This document shows, piece after piece, positions 21,801 to 33,462 of a stretch of DNA of 45,496 bases; within the stretch, counting starts at the first letter, position 1, and the number at the start of each line of letters is the position of its first letter. Under the pieces are notes generated by a model, which was not told the origin of the DNA, searched no databases, and was given only the letters and a program-made list of their open reading frames with translations. Both the position numbers and the translations under genes were made by a program. Location of the stretch: positions 1 to 45,496 of the forward strand of contig CAJFCJ010000088.1 in the NCBI GenBank assembly GCA_904063045.1, in the 5' to 3' direction. This stretch comes from Dimorphilus gyrociliatus. Its lineage: Eukaryota; Animalia; Annelida.

Positions 21801-22456
21801 TTACTTACCATCAGTTTTCGGTAAAGTTTCTTTCCGTAATACGTAATAACTACACATTGAGTACAATTCATCTTCCGAATAAATTCTTACCTGTTTCGCT
21901 ACTATTTCATTGTTACAGTAGAATGTAAAGTATGTTGATTCTGAAATTTTGAGAACATCTGTAAAATTTGTACATAGCGTTTCAGTTGTTGGTGTGACGC
22001 CATAAATTTTTAAACTGGACGAGGAGGAAACATTTGCAGTTTGTAATAATAAAAAGCCTACTGCAAAAAATCTGAAAAAAACTGGAAATTGAATGTAATA
22101 GTCTTTTGCAGGAGAAAGGAGACAATTTGAATTTGGTTGAACTGTTAATGTACTCAGTGAATAACCGGAAGTTGCAAAAGAAAATTTGCCCAAACTATTT
22201 ATACTGTATGGTTTGCTTTCACCAAGAATAAATACTTCACAAATTTTCATTTGTTTATTGCCGCCAATTTTATAGAATGATACTCTATCGCCAATAAATT
22301 TACATTCATATAATAAATGCTCCATTGAAGATTCATTTGTAAAAGGGCAAACTTGTCTTTGTAATACAGTATTAAAGATTTCAACTACCACTTGAACATT
22401 TCCAAAGTTTTCTATAGTAAAAAGAATTGATAATAGAATGAAAAAGATACAGCAGA

Positions 22457-22497
<41 letters not shown>

Positions 22498-24950
22498 AAC
22501 TGGTAGTACCTATATTATATGGAGAAACAAGTAAAAGAACAATTTGATTAACCAAGTAATAGTTATCCATATAAACAGTAATTCTTGCTTCAATATTATC
22601 ATCAGCTGTCAAAGCTCCAGAACATGATAAACTTGTACCAAAGAGATTTGAATTGCTGCTCAAACCATCAATAATCTTCAATGGATACTGCTCACTCTCT
22701 TTCCTATTTTTGAATGGTTTTCCATTCACATTTCTATCGCTTTTACTCAATGGTAAAATATTTAAATCGTTATCTATCAATTTTGCACCAAATGCCTCAA
22801 ATTCCTTTATATTGAAATGGTGAGCAGTCGAATTTAAATAGAAAATTGCGTAACGTCCAACCGGAAATGGTTGAGTACAATTCCAAATTCTATAATCGCC
22901 ACCAACAAATTTAAAATTATTAATAAAACAAGTTTTTGAGTATAGATGCTCAAGGTTAATGTCAAAATGTTGATAATCTGATACTAATCCAACAATGTAT
23001 CTTGCTCTCTGATCTGGAAAAGAACAAAATTGATAAGAGAGTGGTATATTTGAAATTGGTATTTTCCTCTAATTCTTACTGTTTCCTTCTCTATTTTTTA
23101 TGGCCATCTGAAAAATTTGATAAATTCCAAGCATATCAATCCTTATCCATGGTTTTATCCTGGATTTTGAATGATATAAATCCGAATAATCTCCATTTAC
23201 ACCTCTATAACTTTGAAATTGAATAGTATATGTAGAATCACTCCATGCTGGTTTATTGAGTAGTATATTCGTATTTTTCTGATCAGATACCCTTAAATAT
23301 CGCCCAAACATAGAAATTTCTTCCAATGCAATCACTTTTACATTATTTTGCTTAGAGCGAAAAACAACAAATTGACCTTCAACGCCACCTTTCGGACATA
23401 ACATTGAATATACTGTATCATTTGTTATTGGATCGTTATTCTTTTCAGCACAAAGCTTGTATGTTATTGAACTGATAGCGCCACCTGGATTATCATTTGT
23501 CAAAGAAATGTAGAAATCTTTAAACATATGTAATNGGATTATCATTTGTCAAAGAAATGTAGAAATCTTTAAACATATGTAATTTATTTATATTTGGTTT
23601 GAAATCAAGACCAAAAACGTTGTAATAAGCTAAAAGGTTAATTGAAAGCCAATATTGATTTCCAATTTTCATTTCTGAGAAAGTTTGGTGTAATCCGTCG
23701 TTTAATTGATACGTATATTTATTTGAGGTAGTTGATATAATTGGTTTTTGTAGGGCAATATTATCTATAAAATACATAAATTAGTTAGTTAATTCAAATA
23801 TATATTTAAATAATAGTTATTTTTGTTTTTACTTAAAAAGAATTCAATTTCGCAAAGACGTAACGTATTTTCAAGTTTAGATTGGATAATCAGCTTTTCA
23901 TTTTTTCTAAACATTGAATTTCTACATAAAACATGAGTTGGTGAGTTATTTTTCATAAGAACGTCATCGGAGCATAAATTATCTTCTTTACTTATGAAAA
24001 TCTTTAATAATTGACTATCATGCTGTTCATTAGTTGGCCAGAGGATAATATGATTGACTGTCTGATATCCGATCAGTTTAATCGCTATTTTAGGTTTTAT
24101 TCCATCTTTTTGGTTCAAAATGGTACAAGTTCCTAATGAAATATTACTTTGATGTAGGCCATCTACAATATTAATTGGATCTAGTAATGGCCCATCAAAT
24201 GTACCATAGTACTCAATAGGCCTATTAAGCGCTTCGTTTTTCCCCCAATAACTTTGCTCAAAGCAGATCAGTCTATAATATTCAGAATTGGAAGTCACGC
24301 TATATTCTAATTTGGAAGATTCAAACATTTCTGCTGCATAATTCTCAAAATCTAAAATAGTTAACGATGATTGAAATTCATTAGGCCTAAATCCTTCTGT
24401 AAAACAGCCATTTTCAATCCAAATAAGTGTAAAGCATTCATAAATTGGTGGAGGAACATTAAAATTTGAACCACAAACTCCTAATTTCATATCTTTTTGA
24501 ATAATTACAAAAGAGTCTACCTGTTCAACTAACGGAAATGATATTTGGTGTAAATTTGACATAATTTAGAATTGTTGTTATAAGAAATTCCAACACAATC
24601 GTACGAATGAACGTTCAAACACTGCTTATAACAATTTTCAATTGAAATTGCTTCCATTGAATCATTTCCTTCAGATTTTACTGCAAAATCTCTTTTCAAA
24701 ACTAAATTTTGAACTAAAAAAATATTTTAAATATAAGAAAAAAAAACAATAAAATAAAATTTTATATTTAGACATTTTTTACTAATTTTACAACCTTTTG
24801 AACAAATCTCTTCTCCATATTGAAATTCGCAAACGCATTGTCCTAATTTACATTTTTCAAAAATTGAACACTCTTCTTCAGAGTAACATTTTCTTTCTGT
24901 TTATAAAACATAGTAAATATTTATAGAAAATTCCATTTCCACTGCAGAGT
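21801..24950 (-). CDS. Multi-exon extracellular protein with EGF-like, PAN/apple and repeated fucolectin (FTP / F5/8-type-C-like) domains
   Basis: CKLGQCVCEFQYGEEICSKG (about 24790-24870); CYKQCLNVHSYDCVGISYNNNSKLCQIY (PAN, about 24560-24640); NILLNKPAWSDS...KPWIRIDMLGIYQIFQMAIKNR and NEALNRP...IVDG...LCEIE (FTP-like). Exon structure only partly resolved. Confidence 0.65.
22462..22495. repeat. (GA)n microsatellite in an intron
   Basis: Perfect GA run of about 16 units. Confidence 0.95.
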
Positions 24951-25813
24951 TAAGATTTACTACTCAGCAGAAGAGTTGAAATCAAAACCTAAACACCAAA
25001 ATAAAGAAATATACTAGCCTGATTTTAAAATTCGAAAAATTATAAAAAAAAACAAAATTTTTAAGTTCAAAACTATCATTTTAAAACAAAAGCTCTCTTG
25101 AAAATATAAAACACCTAAAAAATATTTTATTTTCAAGGTTTTGAAAATTTATGATGTAAATATTTTAATAATCTTGTTCTAAAACAATCTAATGATTTAT
25201 GCATAATTAGAAAAAGCTATTCAAAATTCAAATGACAAGATCTGTTTTTTTTTTCTATTGCAGTTATAGATTAAGGGTTTTTTATGTACAGTATATATAT
25301 CAAATATGTATCCTGCACTATGAATAATAGACATAGCACTATACATAAAAGTATTCACTGCAGTAGTGACATCTAGTGTCTCTATATTAATATAAAATAT
25401 AGAAACATTCTATTTTTAAAAGGTGACAAAAATGTTATGGAATGAGTAATCACAAGATAAGGATTATGCTAAGGATATAAAACTGATCAAATTTATTTAC
25501 ACTGAAGCCTGGATTCAAAGTGATCAAATACATATTGTTCCAAAAACTGGAATTTATTTTATATCTCTAAATCTGTCATTCTATAGTAAAATAGATTCGG
25601 AAGAAGCTTACATTGTAATTGAATTGTGTGAGGAAGATGGGACCAGTCGAAAACGGCCATAACTGAAATGTTTGAAGTTTCAATTTCAGGTTGGGAAATG
25701 GTTAGGAGGAATAAGGAATAAGATAGCATTGATATGTACTTGGGTAGGTTCCATCTAAGGGTTAGGGGCATACAGAAAGGGTTAGGCAAACACAAGGGCT
25801 AGGTTAGTGTTAG

Positions 25814-26448
25814 TGTACTGCTCTTGCTGGCAAAATCTATGAGTTTGCAAGTTATAACAATACTGGTTCTACTCGAACCTTTAAACAAATGTCTAAATTA
25901 AAATGGTTTATTCACAATAATAATACTTAAGCAAGTAGCAATATGAGAGACTGATAGCAGAGTAGATAGTTCATAAAAGCAGGTTGCCAAATTACCAAAC
26001 TGTCTTCTAATGTTTAGGAGTAGATGGATGGTTCCAGTGGAGGTTGTTTCCAGATGATTTTCCCAGGTCCTTGGGTCCAGATGGAAGCTGCATGCCAAAT
26101 GAGAGTAGTGAGGATTTATATACTTTGAGGTTTGCCTCTGACATCCAATCATCACTTTACAGTTGCCAAAATGTGTAGTTCATATTTATGTTTAGTAAGA
26201 GGATGTTACAAGGTTGAACATTTAGGAAGGTTAATTGAATTATAACTTGGCCACACCCTAGGCAAGTTAATTAAATTATAACTTGGCTAAACCTTTATTG
26301 ACAATTAAAGACGAGCCTTCAAGCTGACTAATCAGACTTATGTTTGGCCAATGTTATAGCATTTTCTTGCATAGGTTTTAAGATGTACATGTATAAGTTG
26401 CATAAAATAATAGAGTTCAAGCATGTAAAATATAACCAAAGTTGTACA
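25814..26448 (-). repeat. Solo LTR of the same family, inverted (635 bp), more diverged
   Basis: Reverse complement of the LTR. No PBS or PPT adjacent. Flanks GTTAG and ATCTA do not match. Confidence 0.95.
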
Positions 26449-26900
26449 ATCTATATTGGAAATGATAGAACCCAAGGATGGATTTATTCTTTTATGATAA
26501 TGGAATATTTTCAATGATTATTAGTATTATAATTCTTTCCTTGTATATTAAAGTGTATTTAACTGTTAAGAAATCAGTATTAGCAGCAAAAAATAAAATT
26601 ATCTCGAACAAACGCATTTCTACAAGCATTTATGTTCTATCATTTTCAAACATTGCTTGCTGCACACCAATTTTTTTACTAGGTCTATTTTGTCATTAAA
26701 CTGATCAAAAAAAGTCAATTTTTGTTTATTTAAATAGCTCTTTTATCAATATTTTTCAAGTTTAAAGTAAATAATAGCACCTATACTCTAATTGTTGGCT
26801 TTTTAGCTCCAATAAATCCTGTTATCAATCCATACATTTATGCAACAGAAGATATGATTAGAATTTTAAGCTTTGAAAAGGCCAGAAAGAGAATAATGAA
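26449..26900 (+). pseudogene. Class A GPCR fragment (TM5-TM7), LGR/relaxin-receptor-like, frameshifted and cut by the solo LTR
   Basis: GWIYSF...SMIISIIILSLYIKVY (TM5), KRISTSIYVLSFSNIACCTPIFLLG (TM6), FLAPINPVINPYIYA (TM7 with NPxxY). Confidence 0.7.
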
Positions 26901-27783
26901 GTATTTCTATTTTTATCTTGTATTTTATTTAACAATCATAAACTTTTAGACCAAATTTCATAGAAAGAATGATGAGTGAAAAAATTGAGAAAGGTAAAGA
27001 GAGAGTTGTGAAATTAATATAAAATTTACTTTTTTTTCAGTTATGGCCATTATAAAATATCAAAAACATATGCCTTCAATGCAATATGTCAGAAAATTTA
27101 ATATAAAGTACAAGTTTTTCAAAAAGTATGAATGTGTCTATTGCTGTTTGGAAATAAGTCAAAATTTAGTTTTGCTTCATAATGAAAAACTTTGTGGAAA
27201 TATAAAAATCTTGAAAAATCACATTTCAATTGTTGAGGTTGATTAAAACCTGTTACTTGTTAATTAAATGCACTAATACAAATTACTTAAAACATTTTTG
27301 CTTAAAAGGGTAAAAAGAATAGTTATGTTGTGGACAATTTAAAATATGAAAATTTTTCAAGCCAGTTTGAAAAACAGGATATTCTTGCCTTTGGGGAATT
27401 TTTAAAACATATTATGAAAGAAAGAAAACAGCTATAGCCTGATATTTATAACTGAGTAATTTGAACTGAGAATGGATTTCATTCATTTGAAGCTTTAATT
27501 AATAACAACATCTGATAAACATAAGTTAAATATTGTATCAAACTCTGTTTATAAATACTTGAATATATCCAGAAAATTTCAAATAATTGTGTCCAAATTG
27601 TCTTACAGACAATAGAGAGAAACATTTCTGATTGAAGCTAGTCTAATCGCTTTACGAAATTGAATGAATTTAAATATAGAAATAATTTCAAAAACAACAA
27701 ATTTATACTTTGATGTTTTAAAGATGAAATACATGTTGGTGATAGGCTATACCTTGGACTGTGTGTCTGAATTCCAGAATTAT

Positions 27784-29241
27784 GGAGAAAACGTCCACTA
27801 TGTGAAGAAAATATTAAAAAATACTTTTTCAAATTTAAATTATTATTGATTTTGAGATATATCCAATACATTCCCATAATGCAATCACTTTTGGTAGCCA
27901 TTTTGAAATCCAGACAGGAAACAGTTCTGGGATCTTCTGTGTTTTTCATGGAAAGTGAATATTGTGCATATTTCATCTACAATGTTTCAGAATTTTTTGC
28001 AGTTTGAAATATATTTCACTATTGAAAACCATCAGACAAAACACAAACTTTAGAATTGATATCAGTAAGTTATAGAATATTGTGTTGAAATGATTTATTT
28101 ATAAATTAGCTCTATTTTTATAGCAGCCATTTTGTTTATCATTATTGTTAATTGTTTAATTTTTAAATTTAAACAGTTGGTTATTAATAGAGATTCCAAA
28201 TTGAACATGGCACCAATTTGTTACACTTGTGAAGAGAGAATATGTGGAAGACAGAATCATGAGAAATGTCAGCTTTGCTGTCATTTATTTAAAATACACA
28301 AGAAATGTTTGGATTATAAACATTTGTTTTCATTCACTTATCCTGAAGCAAACATTAAAGGGTGTGTTTTTCACTGGACACAGGCAATATACAGAAAGAT
28401 TCAAGTAATACTTTAATTTAGCATGTGAGCTCTAGATAGAACTGACATATTTATTTCCAGGAATTAGGATTATGTAAGATGTACAAGGAGAAAAAAGCTG
28501 AATATAGAATCATGTAGAAATTAATGGCATTACCATTCCTGCCCTCTGATCTGATAGAACCAACATTTAAGACTATTAAAGAAATAAGTGCTATTGAAAT
28601 GAAGTCTCTATTGGAGTACATTGAGACACAATGGATAAATGGATTTTATAAACCAGAGGTATGGTCTGTATATGGTGAGGCTATAAGGACAAATAATGAT
28701 CTTGAAGGCTGGCATCACAGGCTTAACAAGAATCTTTGCTCGAACACTGCATTCTATTTGCTTTTAGATGAACTGAAAAGAGAAGCTGATCTGATAAAGC
28801 TATATAAAAAATTACTGAGTGAAAAGAAAATTTGTAGACAGCAAAGGAAAGCATATCAGAATATTCAAAGCAAAATATTCAGCTTATGGGAACAATTTGA
28901 AATTGCCTCAATTACCTCCCTGGACTTACTTGATAAAGCTTCTGACATTTATTCACCAGTTTAAAATACCTTTATTCTTTAATGTTGTTACACTGTTGTC
29001 AATCATTCTTGTTATAATGCTTCTTTTTACTTAATCAATATATTAATATTTAAATATTTGTAATTCATATTATTCATTTTTTCCTGTCAAATTGCTTTAA
29101 AAACTCCATCTATCAAATATCTTATATCTTACTTTGAAGTTCTATAGTGGATGTTTTCTCCAGTGGACATTTTCTCCAAGCAGTGGATGTTTTCTCCAAA
29201 CAGTGGATGTTTTCTCCAGTGGACGTTTTCTCCTGTACCCC
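27784..29241 (+). mobile_element. Internally deleted MULE-type transposon
   Basis: N-terminal Cys/His finger (CYTC...CQLC...HKKC) joined directly to IKGCVFHWTQA and RTNNDLEGWHHRLN. Five 16-mer repeats AGTGGAYRTTTTCTCC at 29146-29233 ending TGTACCCC, with one inverted copy at 27784-27799. Confidence 0.8.
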
Positions 29242-29740
29242 TTTTTATCAACCAATTAAAAACTAAGAATTGTGAAGGGAAAAGAAAATTACAAAGATTT
29301 TCAAATTTTGAAACAGTTTTTCGAAAACCAATATTGGAAGATGACATTAATTTTCTATCTGTTATTTTTTGTGCAATAATTTGAAGTTTTTCATTGAAAA
29401 TATCATATAAAGTCAATGACAGGTATGTTGGCACACCTCGAATTTTGATAGGCGAAATATTAATAATCCTTTTCATTATAAATAAAGATTATTATTTTTA
29501 TTTTCTTAGTCTTAAATTATAGATTAAACCTGAAATATTATATAAGTTTCTCTCAGAAAGCATTTAGGTAAGTTTTTACATATTTTTTTTTTATAAAAAT
29601 TACTATTATTTTACAATTTTTTTTCTTATTTGGCCAAATGACATGATTATTGGCACATAATCTTTTGAGTTCAAATTTTCTTTATCTTTGTATGTGCCGA
29701 CCCTCCCTTTTGATACATTTACTAATCCTATGGCCCATTC

Positions 29741-31664
29741 GGGGTCAGGACAATTCGGTCTGGGACAATTTGGCCTGTTTTGGGACAATTCGGTTTGTTT
29801 TGGAACAATTCGGTCTGTTTTTGGGACAATTCAGCCTGTATTTAAATTAAGAAAATTACACTTTTTTTAAAACTCAAACAATATATAACACCAGTTTATT
29901 TCATTATGTAATGGAACTGTTACCAGTTTTTTTGTGTATATTTTATTTCTTTAACTCCAGTGAAAGCTTTTTTGATTTTAAAGAACTAAAAATTGATTAT
30001 TAATTGATAATATTAAAGTGTGAAAAAAGAAAATTCAATTGTACATAATGAATTTAAAAACATGCTGGTTGTGTACAAAGAAATTTTATTGGAATCAACA
30101 GAAAGTAAGATGCAAACTTTGCAAGCATTTTTATCATAGAAAGTGTTTGAAAAGTAAGTAAATATTTTTCTTTTCTTTCCTTTTTGTAAAACTTACATAT
30201 CTTTAATCAGAAAATGATTATTGTGTTGATTGCTTCAATGTTAGAAGACAAAAAGTTTTAATTAAGTTAAGAAAAATTGTTGAGAAAAAAAATGAAAGTC
30301 ATTCAAATGAAAGTCAAAATGAACTGGGTGCTATGAATAATGAACAATTTCATGAAGAAAATCAACAAGTAAATAACTTGTAACTTTTCTCAGTTGAAAA
30401 ATTGTTAAAATTTTGTTATTTCAGTTGAGACTATCCTTCAATTTTGAAAATTGTATTGAGGATCTATCTGAAGAAGAAAATAATAATTCAAATAACTGTG
30501 ATCAAGATCAAAGAGTTGACATTCAAGATGAAGTATCATTTGATACAAGCAAGGAAATAAGTGTTTATGAAGCAAATGAAAATGATTTTGAAATTGTCAA
30601 GAATGGAAGTAAAAGAGGAAAAGATATTTTATTGCATAATAATTTTTCCTTCTCACTAAAAACAAAAAGCTCTAACATTTGGAGGTGTTCACAAAGATCT
30701 AAAAATGAGACCTGTAATGCTTATATTATTCAAAAAGGTTCAAAATTTCTAATAAAAATCCTAAAGTTGATTTACAAGGATGTGCTTTCCATTTTAAGCA
30801 ATCAATTTTCAGAAACATTCAGGTATTATTAATTCAAAATTAAAGTATAAATAATTTTTAGCCTTTTTTTTGCAGAAGCTGGGTTATATCAATGACTATA
30901 ATAATAAAAACTATGGAGGAAAAATGCTGAGAAAACTCATGTGTCTCTCATATATCCCACATAAATGCATTGTTTCAACATTTAATGAAATAAAGTATGA
31001 ACTCTTAGAGAAAAATTTATATGGAGATTTAGTAGATTATATGGAAAGGACCTATATCTATAGCAACATTTGGAAACCAAAGTATTGGTCTGTGTACAAC
31101 ATGACCATCAGAACTAACAATAATGTTGAAGGATGGCACTGCAGACTAAATACAGCAGTAAGAGCAAATGAAAATTTCTACAATCTTGTAAATGAATTAG
31201 CCAGAGAAGCTGATTTAATTACAATTTATAAGAAGCTACTTTCTGAAAACAAGTTAAAGGGAATGCAAAGAATAAAACAAGCCTACCTATAATCTAAAAT
31301 ATTTAATTTATGGGACAACTTGGAAACTAATAAAATCACTTTAGATAATCTTTTAGATAGATTAGCGGAGTTAAACATTGCATGATTATTAAGTTTAATA
31401 GTAGTTGTTTGTAATTTTGTGTTTTTTTTGTATGTTTTGCTTGTAGTGTTTTGATATTTAACATTCTATACATCAATAGCAAATATTAATAAAGATAAAC
31501 ATTGTTCAAATTACAGTTTTGAATATAAATTTATAGGTTAAATTGTCCTGAAAAGGCTGGATTGTCTCAAAATTCACTGAATTGCAAATAGGCCGAATTG
31601 TCCCAAAAACAGGCTGAATTGTCTCAAAAACAGGCCAAACTGTCCCAGGCTGAATTGTCCCTAC
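29741..31664 (+). mobile_element. Internally deleted FLYWCH-MULE nested in the Tc1 transposase
   Basis: FLYWCH (WRCSQRSKNETCNAYI) and RTNNNVEGWHCRLN. Inverted terminal arrays of GGGACAATTCGG-like repeats. 11-bp direct repeat ATGGCCCATTC at 29730-29740 and 31665-31675. Confidence 0.85.
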
Positions 31665-32606
31665 ATGGCCCATTCCATCATACAAGTTTGGAAGCAACTC
31701 TGGATTCTTCTTTATGAGCTCATAGGAACACTGTTTAATTTTTTCCCATAATTCATCCTCTGACTCAAACTGTTGCCCATCCTAGACCATTGTTTTTGTT
31801 AGGTGCCACATGTTTTCGATCAGGCTAAGGTCGGGGCTCCTTGCTGGCCAATCAATGGTCTTAATTTCATTTTTTTTAAAGGCCCTTGCTGTTGCTCTTG
31901 CTGTATGGCAGCCAGCATTATCTTGCTGGAAGATGTACTTCCTGCCCATTTTTACCTCAATCTCTTCTATAACAGGAAGAACATCTTCCACAATGAAGGA
32001 GCTATAAATTTCTGCATTTAATCTTTTCTTTATCATCCATAATTCAAATATGCTGTCAGATGTGATCAACCCCCAGACCAATACTCTGCCTCTTCCCATA
32101 TTTTTCGTCACCCTAAAGTCCTCTTGGCTATTGTTGGTCCAGGTCCTAAAGTCATCAGGTCCACTTAGTGAGAATCTAGCCTCATTGGTGAAAATTACTC
32201 TAGACCAGTCTAGATTATCACTAATCATTTTGAGGCAATATTCTTTTCGCCAGTTACAATCTTTAGAGGTGAGATCTGTTCTTTGCCTGATTCTAGTATT
32301 TGAAATTTTGCCTTTTTAGCTCCCTCTAACATGGTTCTAACATTTACATCTACTTCTAATTCTTTCAAAACCTTTGCTGCTGTCACCCTTTGCTTATTAT
32401 CTTTCAGCTTCTTGATGATCCTTTTCATCCTGGCTATCTCTCTGTCTGAAAGCTTCTTCCCTATTGTCTTGCTCTGGCTCTTTATAGTTGATGGTGTTTC
32501 TTACTGATGATGATGCCATTCCTAAAACCCATGCCATGGCCCTTAATTTCCCTATTTCTGCATATTTTCTGACTATGAGCTCTCTAATATCTTTATTCCA
32601 CACCAT
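31665..32606 (-). pseudogene. Tc1 DD34E transposase pseudogene (last 9 codons lie at about 29700-29730 beyond the nested MULE)
   Basis: VIFTNEARF (first D changed to N), FQQDNA and WPARSPDLSLIENMW with 34 residues between D and E. Frameshifts and an in-frame TAG near 31782. Confidence 0.88.
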
Positions 32607-33462
32607 TATTAAAAAAAGTAGTATAACTATAATATACAGTAATTGAAAAAGTCTATAACTAAGAAACTTAACTTAAAAAAACAAATAAGTTGAAAAAAAA
32701 GCTGTTTGAGATGTCTATTTGAATGCCAAACCAGATGTCAAGGAAGTGTGCCAATAATTGTGTCGTTTGGCCAAATAAGGAAAAAACTTATGAAAATTCC
32801 TAGAAATATTTTGCTAATAATATTTACAAAATATGATGATTTTGTCAAATTTTCTGTAATATTATGTAAATATAACTCTTTTTCTATATAAATTTAGACA
32901 AATAAAATACTTTACTGCGAACAAACATTTTTAACTGTTAATTACAAATTGGCCTATCAGAATTTGGGGTGTGCCTATATACATGTCATCTACTCTATAT
33001 TGTTTGGATGATTTTCTAACAAATATAGAGATAACACAAGGAAAACTATCAATTCTAAAAGAGATTGGAGAAGTTACAGGAATTTCTTCCTTGCAACAAC
33101 TGTATTTGTCCTTTTGGATCTTTTATCCATTTGTACTCACACAAATAGAATTAAAGGTTAAATGAATCAATGTATTGAAGGTAACTACAGGGTTTTGCCA
33201 ATAGAATATGTATTCATTAAATGACTTGCAATCTGACACTATAGTCTAAAGTCTTCCAGCTAAAGATTGAAGAGACTGACAAGCTTTGTAAATGTGTGGA
33301 AAAAAACAAACTTGAAGACAAAATGTCACAATTTTTAAATACATATCTTAATGTTCTTTGTTCCTTTGCCAAATCAATAGTGGCTCCATCTACTATAATT
33401 ATATAAACATAATAAAACAAACAGTTTTATAAAAATAAATGTCCATTAATCGGGATTGTCAT

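Larger units (their letters stand above)
29406..32999 (-). mobile_element. Tc1-family DNA transposon with long imperfect TIRs, carrying a nested MULE
   Basis: Inverted repeats at about 29406-29657 and 32748-32999 with TA at the outer edges. Removing the nested insert leaves about 1.65 kb. Confidence 0.8.

Noticed and set aside
23487-23583. 48-bp tandem duplication around N at 23535
   Set aside because: Same N-join signature; not treated as biological.
29146-29233. CRISPR-like look of the short repeat arrays (also 7255-7345 and 29741-29840)
   Set aside because: Repeats are adjacent or separated by only 0-6 bp, with no unique spacers and no cas genes, in a eukaryotic context. They sit at transposon ends.
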